This document shows, one piece after another, positions 11,459 to 23,970 of a DNA stretch of 64,000 bases. Both the position numbers and the translations under genes were made by a program. Source of the DNA: Leptogorgia sarmentosa (lineage: Eukaryota). Each line of letters starts with the position of its first letter. Within the stretch, counting starts at the first letter, position 1. The DNA lies in contig OZ210885.1 of assembly GCA_964658305.1 (NCBI GenBank), forward strand, positions 25,358,001-25,422,000, given 5' to 3'. The notes beneath the pieces were generated by a model. It ran no database searches, was not told the DNA's origin, and saw only the letters and a list, made by a program, of their open reading frames with translations.

Positions 11459-14400
11459 CAGTGGCGGCGCCAGGGTGTTAAAAGTGGGGAGGACTTATTG
11501 ACCGCCGAAGGCGGGAGATTCCTCTAGGGGGTCTGGGGGCATGTACCCTCGGAAAATTTTGAAATGTACAGTCTCTGAAATGCGTTTTAGGGGGTAATAT
11601 TTCCACCGTTTTGGGGGGTAATATTATATTTAGGTCAAAATGTTATTAAGTATACCAAACACATGTTTTTTATGACTACAAATCACTTAAATACAAGTCA
11701 CTTACAAAATATATACAATAAAAAAATATGCAAAAACTAATTGTTGTTCAATGTCATTGATAAACACAAAAGTCAAGTTTATACTGAAGATTTGTCACAG
11801 TGCCACGTCAAGGCAACTTGAAGTCAGCATAATTATTATATAGTTATGGTGTATATAAATCCAAGCTACTTACAAGAGCAGCTTACAAGGTTTTGCAAGC
11901 TTAAATATTTCCACTAATTTGCTAAGTTTCACATTGTTGGCTAGATCTCGTTCGCTGCTAATCTGGACAAGATCCTCAAGTCTATCTATCTGGTGACATA
12001 GCCGCTCGTAAATAATTGTTAATTATTTTGACCTTGCTGTGTGTGCGCTTGCATGATGCCACTGTCACAGGCAAGGTAGCGACAATCTTGATGATCTCAA
12101 ACAAGTGAGGATATAGTTGATGCAGATCATCTTTGCTGAAAACTTCGAGCAAGGTGGGCAAGCAGGTCCAAGTGGGTGACTTTGTATTTGACCCTTTGTC
12201 TTTCGCTTCCTTCTCCTCACTAAGGTATTTCTCGTATGCAATCTTCCAATCATTGCATTTCTTCGAATTTGAAAACAGCATAAATTGTTGTGTAACAAGA
12301 TCACTGCTAAGCTTGTAGAATTTAGCAATTTTCTGAACGTCGGTGACATTTTCTTCTTTAAGCTTTCGTGGGTGGAATGTTGCTGCAAGGTTCATCATTT
12401 CGCATGCTTGCTCGGAAAATCGTTTATTCAGCTCACTTAAGATCTTGTCCAAGAATGGAAAGTAAAGCTCTCGTCCAAAACACTCGAGTTCTGATTCATC
12501 ATCTGGTCGGTTGCATCATATAGTTGGCATATCTAGAAGGCTTTGGCCATCAGCAAGACGAGTAGGAAGTGTTCGGCGACGCTTCGACTGCAAAGCTGTT
12601 GGGTTGGATTCGCTGAAACTATCATCAAGCCCTTCGATTCCGCATTTTTCTGACAACGAATTAGCTTCGGCTAACAATTGGTCGAACTGTTCATCACTGC
12701 GAAGAGATGTCGTCGCTGCTTTCAAATCTTGAATGGCAGTAACTCCCGAGGTGAGATCCATGTCTGCTCTCTGCAAATATTCTGATGCATGTGTGCTAAG
12801 AGAAAAGCATTTCTCTAAGACGATGCATGCAGCTAAAAATCTAAATGGAGTTAAACGTGCAAGTAATCCAATTGCAACACTGTCGTTGTTTTGTTCAGCC
12901 TGTTCCTTAAACATTGATAACAGTGCTGGATAGACGTTTATCACAACCTTCAAGTTGTCAGTGCGTGCAGTCCACCTTGTATCAGAGAATGAGTGCAAAG
13001 CGGTCTTGCCAGACGTAATGTCATTCGCTTTCAAATGGTTCTCGTATATTTTGTGGCTTTTGGGTGACCTTCCATGTACCGATAAATGTCACCGATCGTT
13101 TCGAAGATTGCTTTGACTGATTGAACTGTTTCCACACTATGTTGAAGGACAAGGTTTAGTTTATGCGCAAAGCAATGAAAATAAATAGAAAACTCAGCTC
13201 CAGCTTCAGTTAAATGTCGTTGAGCACCTTCGTCCTTTCCAGACATATTTGTGGCACCGTCAAAACCTTTGCCAATAAGATCCTTAAGAGAAAGTTTGAG
13301 GTCTTTCATTATATCAACGATCACCTCAGCCAAAGATTTCCCCGTTAGACTAGACACTCTCACTAGCCTAATGCACCTCTCATTTATCTTGAAATCCACC
13401 ACATACCGCAGTATGACTGACATGAAGGCCTTTTTGTGAGATGTAACCTCGTCACATTGAATGGAGAAATACTTTGCAGAACGTATTTCATTGCAAATTA
13501 ATTCAGTAATGAGGTTGCTTAGGATACTCATCATCTCATTCTGACTTACATGCGAGAAATACGAGACATTCTCGGGATGCGTGTCCATCCACTTTTTCAA
13601 TGGTTCATGATACTTCGACAGAAATTCAAGCTCTTCAAGAAAATTCCCTTTGTTTTTGGAATCACTTGACTCGTCATGGCCACGAAAAGAACCGTTCTGC
13701 TTGGCCAAATGTCGAACAATGTCAAAAACCGTTTCAACGATATGTCGGTTTTCAAACCTCTCCTGTTCCTTTCTTCCTCTTACTTCCTCCGCTTCCTTGT
13801 TCAGCTGGACGTCGATTGGTGTTGCTGTTTTGAAACACTGCATACGTTCTGCAGAGAGTGCATGCATGCATGATTTGGAATGCTTGCAAAGCTTTCCTTT
13901 TTCTCCAGTGGCATTCTTCCAGTTCCTGAAACCAGTCTTCGTAAAGGCATCATCCGAACTGCCAACTATAAGAATAGGGTTATTTCCATTTTGAAATTGA
14001 GAATTGTGGCTTGCATGGTAATATTACCCTGTGCTATGAAAGTATTAAATGTCCATCAAAATGCTTTGGGAATACTGTATGCGCTTCTAATGATTTCAAA
14101 ATACTTACGCTGTTACGTAAGGAATACAGTATCAAGTAAACGTGCAGCCTTGTCGAATATGATCTCGTCCGGCATGTATCACAAATGTGACGCATGCAAT
14201 GAAAATGAAACACGCAATGAAAAAGAAACACGCAATGAAAATCATACAACATGCAATGAAAAACAAAGTCGAACTGAAATTTCAAACTTCAGAACGTAGG
14301 TAATATGGGGCAAAACGAGACACTTAAGGCATTAGGCATGTAACAGGCATAAAACCCCAATGAAGCATCTCTAGATGTCTTTTTCATATTTGGCATGTTG

Positions 14401-16160
14401 AATAGACTCAAGTTAACCATCTCACTGCAAAACACGTATGTAGAGTAATTATTGTAGCATTTATGCCCGAAGAACTATGGGAAGTCAATGTCTCATTTTA
14501 CCCCAAAGACGTGGGGCAAAATGAGACAGATGTGGAATAAACTAAAACTATTTACAAACTTACAAATTACTTTATCTACAGTACTTAAGAAACCTAAAAG
14601 TATATTTTAAAAGGTTCATAAAATGCTTAGTGAAGCTAAAAGGTTGAATAATTGTCATGTACAGAAGTCACAAGTTGCACACTTGAGAAATAATATGGTG
14701 TGGAAGTTTGAACAGAGAATACAGCCAATACACTGCATTTAACAACCTTCCAGCAATAAACAGTGTTAGTATAATTTCATCAGTAAATAATGTCTTTCGA
14801 GCATTCTGATTGGTTCCTTCACCAGTAAATATGAGGCATTATTTACTGGTTGAGACTGAGAAGTAAATAATGCTTTCAAAATGGCTTCCAACAGTCATTA
14901 AAAAATTATGTTCAAATCAAATTGTATTTGTACTGACGAAATTATACTAAAACAATTATTTACCTCAGTGTCGGTGAACGTGGTGGATATTTACCTTGAC
15001 GCTTCGCGTCTCAGTAAATATCCACCACTATTCACCGCCACTTCGGTTAATAATTGTTAAATAATTAAACCCCCTTAATAAGTATCACACAGAATCGAGC
15101 ATATACTGGTAAGGGAATTGGTTTGTATCGTTTTGCCCCACGGGACTGGGGTGATTTCAAACGCCAAAATGTCAAAATATTAGATCCACATGGAAAAAAT
15201 ACAGTCATATTATGAAAGGCCACGTGTTAGTGTATACAAAACAAATGGGGCTTATTCCTTAGCTGCGGCGTTTTAGACAGAGTAAAAAACTATCGAAATG
15301 TGCTGAATATTTATAGTAACATACCCCAATTTAGCGATGTCGCTTTCCGGTCCATGTAGAAAAATTTCGATTGTTTTCGCTATAAAGCGGCCACAACTCT
15401 CAAACATATTATTTCACTTCGAGGAAGGTTTGTTTGTGAGCCTGCAGTGCTTTTGAATGAAGGAAGGCGGTAATACACCGAGGAATAACGATTATGCAAA
15501 TCTGTCTGACATTTAGCAATATCGATGCCTGTATTATGTACGTTTTTTCTGAGCTACGATAGATTAATCAGCGCAAACCAGAGGCAGAAAATTCCATTCA
15601 CGTTATCAATCATCTTGGCTTTGAAGTTAATCTTATAAAGGTCATGCCAGGTCACGCATTCCAACATATTATACGCATAACAGATATACAAATAAAGACT
15701 TAAATTAACTACGTATACAGGTGTACTATTAAGAATACTTTCTCGTTTCATTTCAAGCTTGCGGACCTGACGTCTTACCCAATTAAAACTAAAATATACA
15801 AATATTGAAATATAACGTACAGTACATTCTTACCAAGTGAACCAAAGCATCTGCAGGAGAAACAAAAGGCAGCGTCTTTAGACATAGAATATTCCAGCCA
15901 GTTGAATTCGTCGTACCATTTCTTTTGAAATTTAAACTTTCTCCCTGATATTTCAGATTGCGGAAAATCTGAGATGGGTCTTACCGGTCCAGATTCGACA
16001 ATGAAGGTTCTATTTGCCTCACATACAATTTCACTTGATGGATCTCGTCCTTCAAACATTTTTCTCTTCACGACGAGTGACACTGGTTATCGCGCGAGCT
16101 TTGCATTGATTAACACATTCAATTCCGCATCACACATGCGATTACGCGCAAATATTAGTT
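11459..16160 (-). mobile_element. hAT transposon remnant (ZMYM1/DUF4371-like transposase); 5' end not found
   Basis: Terminus CAGTGGCGGCGCCAGG at 11459 interrupts a HECT exon. TTF-type finger FQKKWYDEFNWLEYSMSKDAAFCFSC (15775-16083), FRGHDE..GNF, CDEVT, FDGATNMSG, HCFAHKLNL, SDTRWTAR and a hATC dimerisation motif TLPVTVASCKRTHSKVK. Several frameshifts. Confidence 0.85.
14951..15058. repeat. Imperfect hairpin repeat (resembles non-autonomous Crypton-like repeats)
   Basis: GGTGAACGTGGTGGATATTTAC ... GTAAATATCCACCACTATTCACC, bounded by AACAATTATT / AATAATTGTT. The family label is tentative. Confidence 0.55.
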
Positions 16161-16304
16161 AATATTTAATTTTATAAACATGCGCATACATTAAACTGCC
16201 TATTATCCCCATACTGTGCTATTGTCAAAATTAATCCTTTAATAACCTACTATATCCCCGAGTGTTGGACTGTTGTCACAAACGTATTTGTATTTTGCTT
16301 CTAG

Positions 16305-17161
16305 CTTGCAAATTCTGATGACAACACATTTCCAGAAGCATTGCAAGGTGTATCATTGTATTTGGACCAGTGTGGGTATTCCAGGAGACAAGCATTGCAG
16401 AACAAAGAGCACATGGTTGAGACCGAGACAAAATATCAGTTAACAAGACAATACGGCAGAGGCATATGGTTAATGGCTTGCCTGTTCAATATGTGTTTTA
16501 CCTCAGATGTTGTTTCGATCCGGAGTGTATTCATCCAGTGTGCCAGAGTTGTGAGTCTGTCGATGACGTTTGGTATCCAAGTGGACCCCCCCTTGATTTT
16601 TTCCCTACACCCAGACCCGATCGAGAGCGCCCGTTCGGCAACCTCAGCTGCAAAGACTGCGATGGATTTTGTGCAGGCCACTATTTGAAACGAGACAAAC
16701 TTGAGAGTTCTGTTAACATTCCTTTCGAAACAACACCCCCTTCACAAGTGCTACTAAAAGTGTTCCAGGAAAGTAATGGTTTCCCCAGTGAAGACGTAAT
16801 TGCGACAACTGCAAGCAATGTTTTGCTTAAACCAGAAGAAGTCAGAATGTGGTTTAAACATCTCGAAGTCGTGCAAAATAACAGAAAGGAAGGAGCCAAG
16901 AAAGCTGCCGCTACAAGAAGGAGAAAATTTCAACCTGGAAAAGTTGATGACACTGCAAGCAAACAGCCATTGAGAGACTCTGATGGCGACGAACTGTGCA
17001 ATTCATGTGGCACATTTAATCCTTCTGAACTGCAAGATAATGACGACGACGGCTTTGGCTGGATAGCTTGCAGTAACTGCTTATTTTGGTACCATCAAAT
17101 CTGTGCTGGTTTACCGCGAATTCCAATATTTTGGTCATGTGACAGTTGCAAGAGTACATAG
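16305..17161 (+). pseudogene. C-terminal fragment of an uncharacterised, probably transposon-encoded protein with Cys-rich, homeodomain-like and PHD-finger segments
   Basis: ORF 16466-17161: YVFYLRCCFDPECIHPVC, FPSEDVIATTASNVLLKPEEVRMWFKH (homeodomain-like), and CNSC...WIACSNCLFWYHQIC...WSCDSC (PHD). Confidence 0.55.
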
Positions 17162-17774
17162 ACTATAGTTGTCAGAAACCACTATTGTTTATATTTAGGT
17201 TTTATATTTTTTACAAGTTATATTGTTTGTTGATTGTTGGGAGTGAGAAGGCATGTAGATCATTCAAAAATAAAAAATCATATTGTCTTGTTAACTGATA
17301 TTTTGTATTGATTAACATCAAATAGTTTTAATATACCCAAACATATCTCTTCTGTTGTGTTGATTGTGATGCAAAGTGTGGCAAATCCTGATTATGTTAG
17401 GTGCGTAAATTGCACACTTGGATGGTATATTTTCAGTGATTTTATTTGTGCCCCAGGGTTGGGGAATTTTCTGTGATTTGGTTGACTTTCCAAGCCCCAG
17501 TGTCGGGCATTTGAGCATTTCTGATGGTAGAAATTCAAATCCCCCACGTATGCCCGGCCTCCCCCCCTCGGGGTTAACATTGATACCTGCATAAAGAAAG
17601 CAGTTGTGGGAGACAATCTCCATAGCTTGATGGAAAAAGGTAAGACTCACTAATGGACACTTCCCATCATAGACAAACTGGATTTGGTGTAAAAAATGAG
17701 TCGATAATTGGAATTGGCCATTTACTTTTATCTTATTTTCAATTAGATTACAATGTATAAATTTTATGACAATT

Positions 17775-19714
17775 TTATGAATATAAAGTTGTAAAGCAAC
17801 CTTTCTTGATTGCAACAGCAGCAATAGCTGAGGGTATAAGTTTGTGAGATTTGGCCACCACGAAATCATGATCAGGTAAAGTGATGCAATACTCCATGTG
17901 TATGAGCAATGGTGCCTGTTTTTTAGCTGCTGTTATTCCTATCGCTACTCTGCATTTGTCGTCCTGTGACTGAAATGTCACTTCTTTAGGTCCAAGAATG
18001 GAAGCAATCTGCTCGATATTGTTTATTGTAGCTTTTGCAAAGGCTGAATCTGGATGTGCTTTATGTGGACTATTATCTGGTCGAGCTAATTTGACAAGTG
18101 CTGTCGTTACACAACGCTTCCCTTCTGTCGTGGTAGAGTCTCTGGGTAACAGCTGCAGATAAAGAGCACTTCTTGAAAGTGAAATTCCCAGCTCTGTTTG
18201 CAAGTAGTTATGCAGATCATCAAGTGTTTTGATTGTTCTGATCATTTCCGACTTTCTTCGGTCATCTGCTGCAGAGCCTGCCAAAGCACAATATCGGTGG
18301 TAATGCTTTCTATGAGAATGTTATTATCAGTTACAGTTGGTCGTCCAACTTCGTTCACACATTTCCTTCTCTCACGAAATTTTTGTTGGTTTTCTTGATT
18401 CTTTTTAACCTTTCCTAACTTTTTTTCGTACTTCTCTATCGACAGTTTATCATCTTTTCCAAGACCCAGATTTCTTTGTTTATATAAACCATTGACAACT
18501 GATTGTAGATCTTCTATTTGAGTTTTCAAACTATCTTGTTTTGGTGTTGAAAAGACTGCTTGCAACTTAGTTGTCGGGATGTTTTTAGCAGTTGATTGTG
18601 TATTTGTAATCAAGCAACAAATTTCAGACTGTTGTGGTTTATCTTTTACAGCAATAGGTTCATTTGTGTTATCTTTTGACGTAACATGAGGCGATGAAGC
18701 CTTTTAAAAGGTAAAATAAAATAACATGAATGAACGTCTGTCAGAAGAGTGTTTCATGTAAATTTTCCATCCAATAAATCTTTTAAAGATTAAAGACGGC
18801 TAAACATTCATCCCTTTCCTTTGACCGAAATGACATTAGTGTAGCTTTTTGTTTGAGCTCCACTGATTTCCATTCTTTTAGTTTAGTGTGAACTGCAGAA
18901 GATATGTCTTCAGAATTCTTTTTCAGACTCTTCCACACTTTGTTAATGTTTTGCTGAGCTGTTTGTTTGCGTTTGGATGGAAATGCTGCATAGTAACCCA
19001 CACAAAGTTTTAGGGGCTGTTTACATGAGCCCGGTTTGCCAGGACGAGACGTTAGCCGGGCTGAAAGTTAAGAAGCGAAATTTGACGGCAAAACGCCCTC
19101 AGGTGTAATTTTATCACAAACTCTCAATTCATGCTTTATTGGACAAATCTTTTACTAAAATCAACTTTATCAAGGGTAATGACATAGGGAAAAACGTATT
19201 ATGCAGAAAAATATTCATTTCTACAATTGTTTTCATGTTAAATGAGGTTTTTATGCTAGCTCAGCTACCCGGGCTGATGTCTTTACATGGAAAAAATTCA
19301 TCCCGGTTGACCGGGCGCCCCGTTTGAGTCAAGTGAGATCCCACCAGAGCGGGCTACCCCGGTTTGCATGTAAAGTCGAATTGTTTTTAATAAGAAATTA
19401 GTATGAAGCCGGGCGCCTCGTTGAAGCGGGCCAGCCCGGCAAGCCGGGCTCATGCAAACAGCCCCTTAAATATAGTTTTTCTTTCTCACTCACCATATTT
19501 AATTAAATAGTGCGGTCGCAATATTTGTGTAAATACCCAATACTTCATGTAGGTACATATATAATGCACTCTGTACGGTACTGGAAGTGGGGGGGGTTAC
19601 ATTATTGTTACATAATAGCCTGAGGGGGGTGTGGCAATTAATGACATGTGATTACCATGGGGGCAGGGGGGTTACAAAAGGCCTAAAAAATGATTGTAAT
19701 TGTTGAACAGCCCC
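17775..19714 (-). mobile_element. Zator transposon 5' half with decayed transposase
   Basis: GSAADDRR, LSRSALYLQLLPR, QSQDDKCRVAIGITAAKKQAPLL and LPDHDFVVAKSHKLIPS. Terminus GGGGCTGTTCA (minus strand) at 19714. The N-terminus MVSEKEKLYLKLCVGYY is restored in frame when the MITE at 19013-19465 is removed. Confidence 0.8.
19013..19465. mobile_element. PIF/Harbinger-type MITE
   Basis: TIR GGGGCTGTTTACATGAGCCCGG / CCGGGCTCATGCAAACAGCCCC with a 3-bp TSD TTA (19010-19012, 19466-19468). Confidence 0.88.
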
Positions 19715-20196
19715 TTGCTTATGCTTTTTTCTGTCACCTAGTGAGCATACGTAAAAAAAACACAGATTTTTCGACCTGTGGCATTAGCAACAAGGCATTT
19801 TTTAAGGATTTTTCAGTCGTGGGCCCAATGGATAAAAGGGCCCATGTTCCAAATCGTGATGATGTGATGAGACATCAATTTTATTACAATTTCTCAGAAT
19901 ATTGGTAGATTCTCTATCTTATAATCACACTAGCCCAAATTTTAAAAGTATTTTACAGTTTTAAATATATACCAAATCATGTTTACAAAGGGGGCCGTTT
20001 CAAAATGATATCAACCCAAAATAAACAGATGGTCTTGCAAGCACAAGGTGACATTTTTATCAACAAGTAAAACAAGAGGAGTCCTGAATAATTCTTTAAA
20101 ATTTTCCAAGTACAATCCTCAATAATGCTTAAAACAGCAATTGTAATACGTTGACATTGACAAGTTAGACACACCCCCAATTGTCTAGACGTCACA

Positions 20197-21878
20197 TGTC
20201 ATCACGTTTATATTTGGGAAATATATTCATTGTAAGTTTAACGTTAATGGCGTAACACTGTTTATTACATGGTGTCAGGAGAAACGACAATCATGGAACA
20301 TATGAAGCCTATGGGTCTGCTAAAAATGGACAGAAATGTGGCAGAAAACTGGAAGAAATGGAAACAACGCTGGAATCTTTACGCGAAAGCCAGTGGTGCC
20401 AACGAAAAAGACGAAGAGATTCAGTGTGCAATTTTCCTTCATACAATCGGAGAAGAAGCATTGGAAGTCTATGATACTTTCACCTTTACTGAAACTGAAC
20501 AGGATAAGATCGAACCGCTCATCCAGAAATTTGAAAGCTACTGCACACCAAGGAAAACACGACATACGAACGATATATATTTAACACATGCGTACAAAAC
20601 GGAAGAAAACTCGATGCATTTATACTTGACCTTCGCAACAAAGCAAAGACCTGTGAGTTTGAATCACTACAAGACAGCTTAATTAAAGATAGAATCGTTT
20701 GTGGAATCGACAGCAACAGCATCCGAGAGCGTTTGCTCCGCGACAACGACCTCACGTTAGAAAGGGCGATTCGCATCGTTAGAGCCGCAGAAACAAGCAA
20801 GACCCAAGTACAAAAGTTAAATAATCCTTCGCTCGAAGTAGAATCACTTCACAAGAATTCTGAAAGAACCTCTCGCAGTAAATACCAGAAGGAAGAAACG
20901 AAACCAAATAGAAATGTCAGCAAAACACACCCTTGTTCACGATGTGGCTCACATCATGCACCAAAACAATGCCCAGCATTTGGACAAACATGTCGCAAGT
21001 GTCACGGAAATAATCATTTCGCCAAAATGTGCCGCTCGAAAAACCTCAACACTCAAATGTCAGAAACACACGTACACAAAGTTCGAACAGAAGAACCTAC
21101 CGATAATTCTAGTACAGAGGAAGACGAATTGTTTCTCGGGGAAATTACGACAACCACGGCCAAAAATGTATTAATTACCAACCTCAGGGTTAACGGCAAA
21201 AATGTAAATTTCAAAATAGACACTGGCGCTCAGTGCAATGTGCTACCTGAAGAAATTTTCAACAGAATTAAGCAGAAACCACAACTAATCGCTACTGGGA
21301 CAAAACTAACAGAATATGGAGGAGCGCAGGTTCCCGTGAAAGGGAAATGCGTTTTAGAAATCGAGCAAACTGCCAACCGGAAAACGGAAGTCGAGTTTTT
21401 TGTTGTCAAGGCTCGCAACGCCAAAGCACTGATTGGGTTACAAACATGTCAGAATCTTGAATTAATTAGCATAAATCAAATCAGTGAAATCCAGGAAAAG
21501 AACGCAGACATCATCGAGGAGTACAAAGTTGTATTCACTGGTTTGGGTCTCGTCGAAGGAGAATATCACATCGAGTTACAAGAAAATGCCAAAGCAAAGA
21601 TTCAACCACCGCGAAAAGTACCATTAAGTCTGAAACCAAAACTGGAAGAAACACTTGATAATCTTACAAAATCAGGAGTTATCAGCAAATTGGATCGACC
21701 TACCGATTGGGTGAATAGTCTCGTAATCGTATAAAAGAAAGATGGATCACTGAGACTGTGTTTAGACCCGAAAGACCTTAACTCAATAAAAAGAGGACAT
21801 TACAAAGCACCATCCGCTGAATCCATCTCAAATCACCTGAGTGGAAAGAAAGTTTTCACCGTAATTGACATGTCCAAC
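20197..21878 (+). mobile_element. Ty3/Gypsy LTR retrotransposon, 3'-truncated (gag, protease, start of RT)
   Basis: ...TTACA followed by PBS-like TGGTGTCAGGAG at 20270. Gag NWKKWKQRW, Zn knuckles CSRCGSHH / CRKCHGNNHFAKMC, protease FKIDTGAQCNV, RT start PTDWVNSLVIV*KKDGSLRLCLDP. The LTR start coordinate is uncertain. Confidence 0.85.
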
Positions 21879-22130
21879 TAGTAAATTAGTAACTAGTAAA
21901 ATAGTAAAGTAGTATTGTAGTATTGTAGTAAAATAGTAAAGTTGCAGTATTGTAGTAAAATAGTAAAGTAGTAGTATTGTAGTATTGTAAAATAGTAAAG
22001 TAGTAGTATTGTAGTAAAATAGTAAAGTAGTAGTATTGTAGTAAAATAGTAAAGTGGTAGTATATATTATTAAAATAGTAAATTAGTAAAATAGTAAATT
22101 AGTAACTAGTGAAATAGTAAATTAGTATTG
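21878..22130. repeat. Low-complexity tandem repeat (TAGTAAAA / TAGTATTG variants)
   Basis: Directly visible; begins where the Gypsy RT breaks off. Confidence 0.9.
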
Positions 22131-22221
22131 TTAAACTGACAAATTAAGATTCAACTTTTATGGTCAACTATAGCCTGCGTGGTGTGGTGTTAGGACTAGT
22201 TTATCTAGCATTTATTATAAG

Positions 22222-22351
22222 TAATAGCATGGTTTGAGGGAGATTAGTGATTAAATGGTCCCGTAACCCGAGGTAGGTTTGTGGAATTCCACAAAGCTAC
22301 CGAGGGTAAGGGACCATTTAATCATTAATCTCCTGAAAAGCCATGCTATTA
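22222..22351. repeat. 130-bp imperfect palindrome
   Basis: TAATAGCATGG...TGATTAAATGGTCCC...GTGGAATTCCAC...GGGACCATTTAATCA...CCATGCTATTA. Confidence 0.8.
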
Positions 22352-22792
22352 GTTTGTAATAGCATAGTTGACCGGGTTTGTTTTGTTTTTACTGGGTCAA
22401 TTACCAAGTGTTTTGTTGTTGTGTAGAATGTAATTACATGAAGTTGGGTAAATGCGGCATTGATGTCGTAAAAGCCTGTTCCCGAGGTCTGAAATTCGAT
22501 TTGCGACAGCCGAGCAGATGGAGGCCATCGTCTTTGAAGAGCCAACAGGCCATGAGGACACAATTGTGTATCTGTACCAATACCTCAACGAACTGGAGAA
22601 ATACGATTAAGGTATTGCAGTATAACTGTACTAAAAGTTCGCGTTTTCAATAGTCAAACTAGGTCCTAACAGTGTATTAAGATTAGGTGAAATAGTCATG
22701 GAAAATAACAAAAACGCATTTATTTGCAATTGGAGATACACTACATCACTGATGAGTATTTGTTCAATAATATGAACATTTCTGTTATGTAG

Positions 22793-23034
22793 GCAAACCT
22801 TCCATGACTGACCTTTGCTGTTTTTGGACAGCCATGAACAATTTACCACCCCGGAATGGTACTCTGCAGGTGAAATTCCAAGAGGATAACAGCCCTTTGC
22901 CTGTTGCTGAAACTTGTTTTTTTGCTATATCCCTCCCAACAGTCCATGAATCGTATGATGATTTCAAGAAATTTATGGACTTAGCTCTCACTCATGGTTC
23001 TCTGTGCATACATACATCATTCATAATTAGCTGA
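22793..23034 (+). pseudogene. Isolated terminal exon of a HECT ligase (C-lobe with catalytic Cys)
   Basis: DLCCFWTA...LPVAETCFFAISLPTVHESYDDFKKFMDLAL, collinear with 58099-58325. The AG acceptor at 22791-22792 has the same position and phase as in that copy. Confidence 0.8.
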
Positions 23035-23558
23035 GTGGTTAATAATTCAACTGCATTTGCACTATATAATATGGTTTTGTTATTTGCATCCAGTTTTAAC
23101 ATTTGGATGGACACGCCATCATTTCTGTACCATACTTATAAACTAGGAATATTCTTTGTCAACATCTAACAGTAACTTTGTTCTGGTTGCTTGGTCTTAG
23201 AGTTTGTGATTTATAAGATTTCAAAACAATTCAAACAAAATGCAGTAATAAATTTGTCGTGTTTCCACAAACAAAACCTATTATATTTTATCACCATGCA
23301 AACATACAAAGAACTTAATTCAAACAAACACAAGATTTCATTTTGTTTACATTGGAAGCCCTCAAGATTTGACTTGACCGCCTCTTTAAAAATAAGCCTG
23401 CACATAAATTCTGCACATAAAGATTATAAAGATTATACAATAATCCTGTTTATTGCATCCTGTTCATTTCGTTATGGCTTTTCCACCTTAATTAAATGAT
23501 GAATATTTATAATGAATATTTATATTAATATTAATGTTTATATTAATTCAATTCAAAT

Positions 23559-23898
23559 TTTATGTTAGCGTGCTATAAGGACCGAAGTTCGAAAAGGCCA
23601 CTGGGACAGAAGCACATGGAATATTTAGTTTTGGTTTATGCATGGTTCGTCGAAGAATATAGGTTAAATGTTAATGTTATTTAGTCTTGAACGCTCATGG
23701 GACGGTGAAAATTCGTTCGGAACAGATGTGAGTTAAGTCAGTCTCTTTCAAATGTTTTTATACCAATAATTTTGCATGCTACATAATTAACAATCCGTAT
23801 ATTTGTATTACAGTTTCAGATTGTTTGCTTAATAAATACTGAAATTCCAAGCGTTTTCCTGTCTACTCATCTATGACACTTCTAACCACATCGGTCCA
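23559..23898 (+). repeat. BEL 5' LTR (first ~23 bp missing)
   Basis: Matches 29079-29418; I see one mismatch (23597 G vs 29117 C). Confidence 0.93.
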
Positions 23899-23970
23899 CT
23901 ATCTGAAAATCTTTGTTGGTGTTTAATGCAACTCGCTGAATGTGGTTTGAAGCTGTGTGTACTGTAAACA

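Noticed and set aside
14298..15330. Scattered GGGGCAAAA(C/T)GAGACA motifs in both orientations
   Set aside because: Probably a decayed MITE in the hAT intron, but I could not define its ends.
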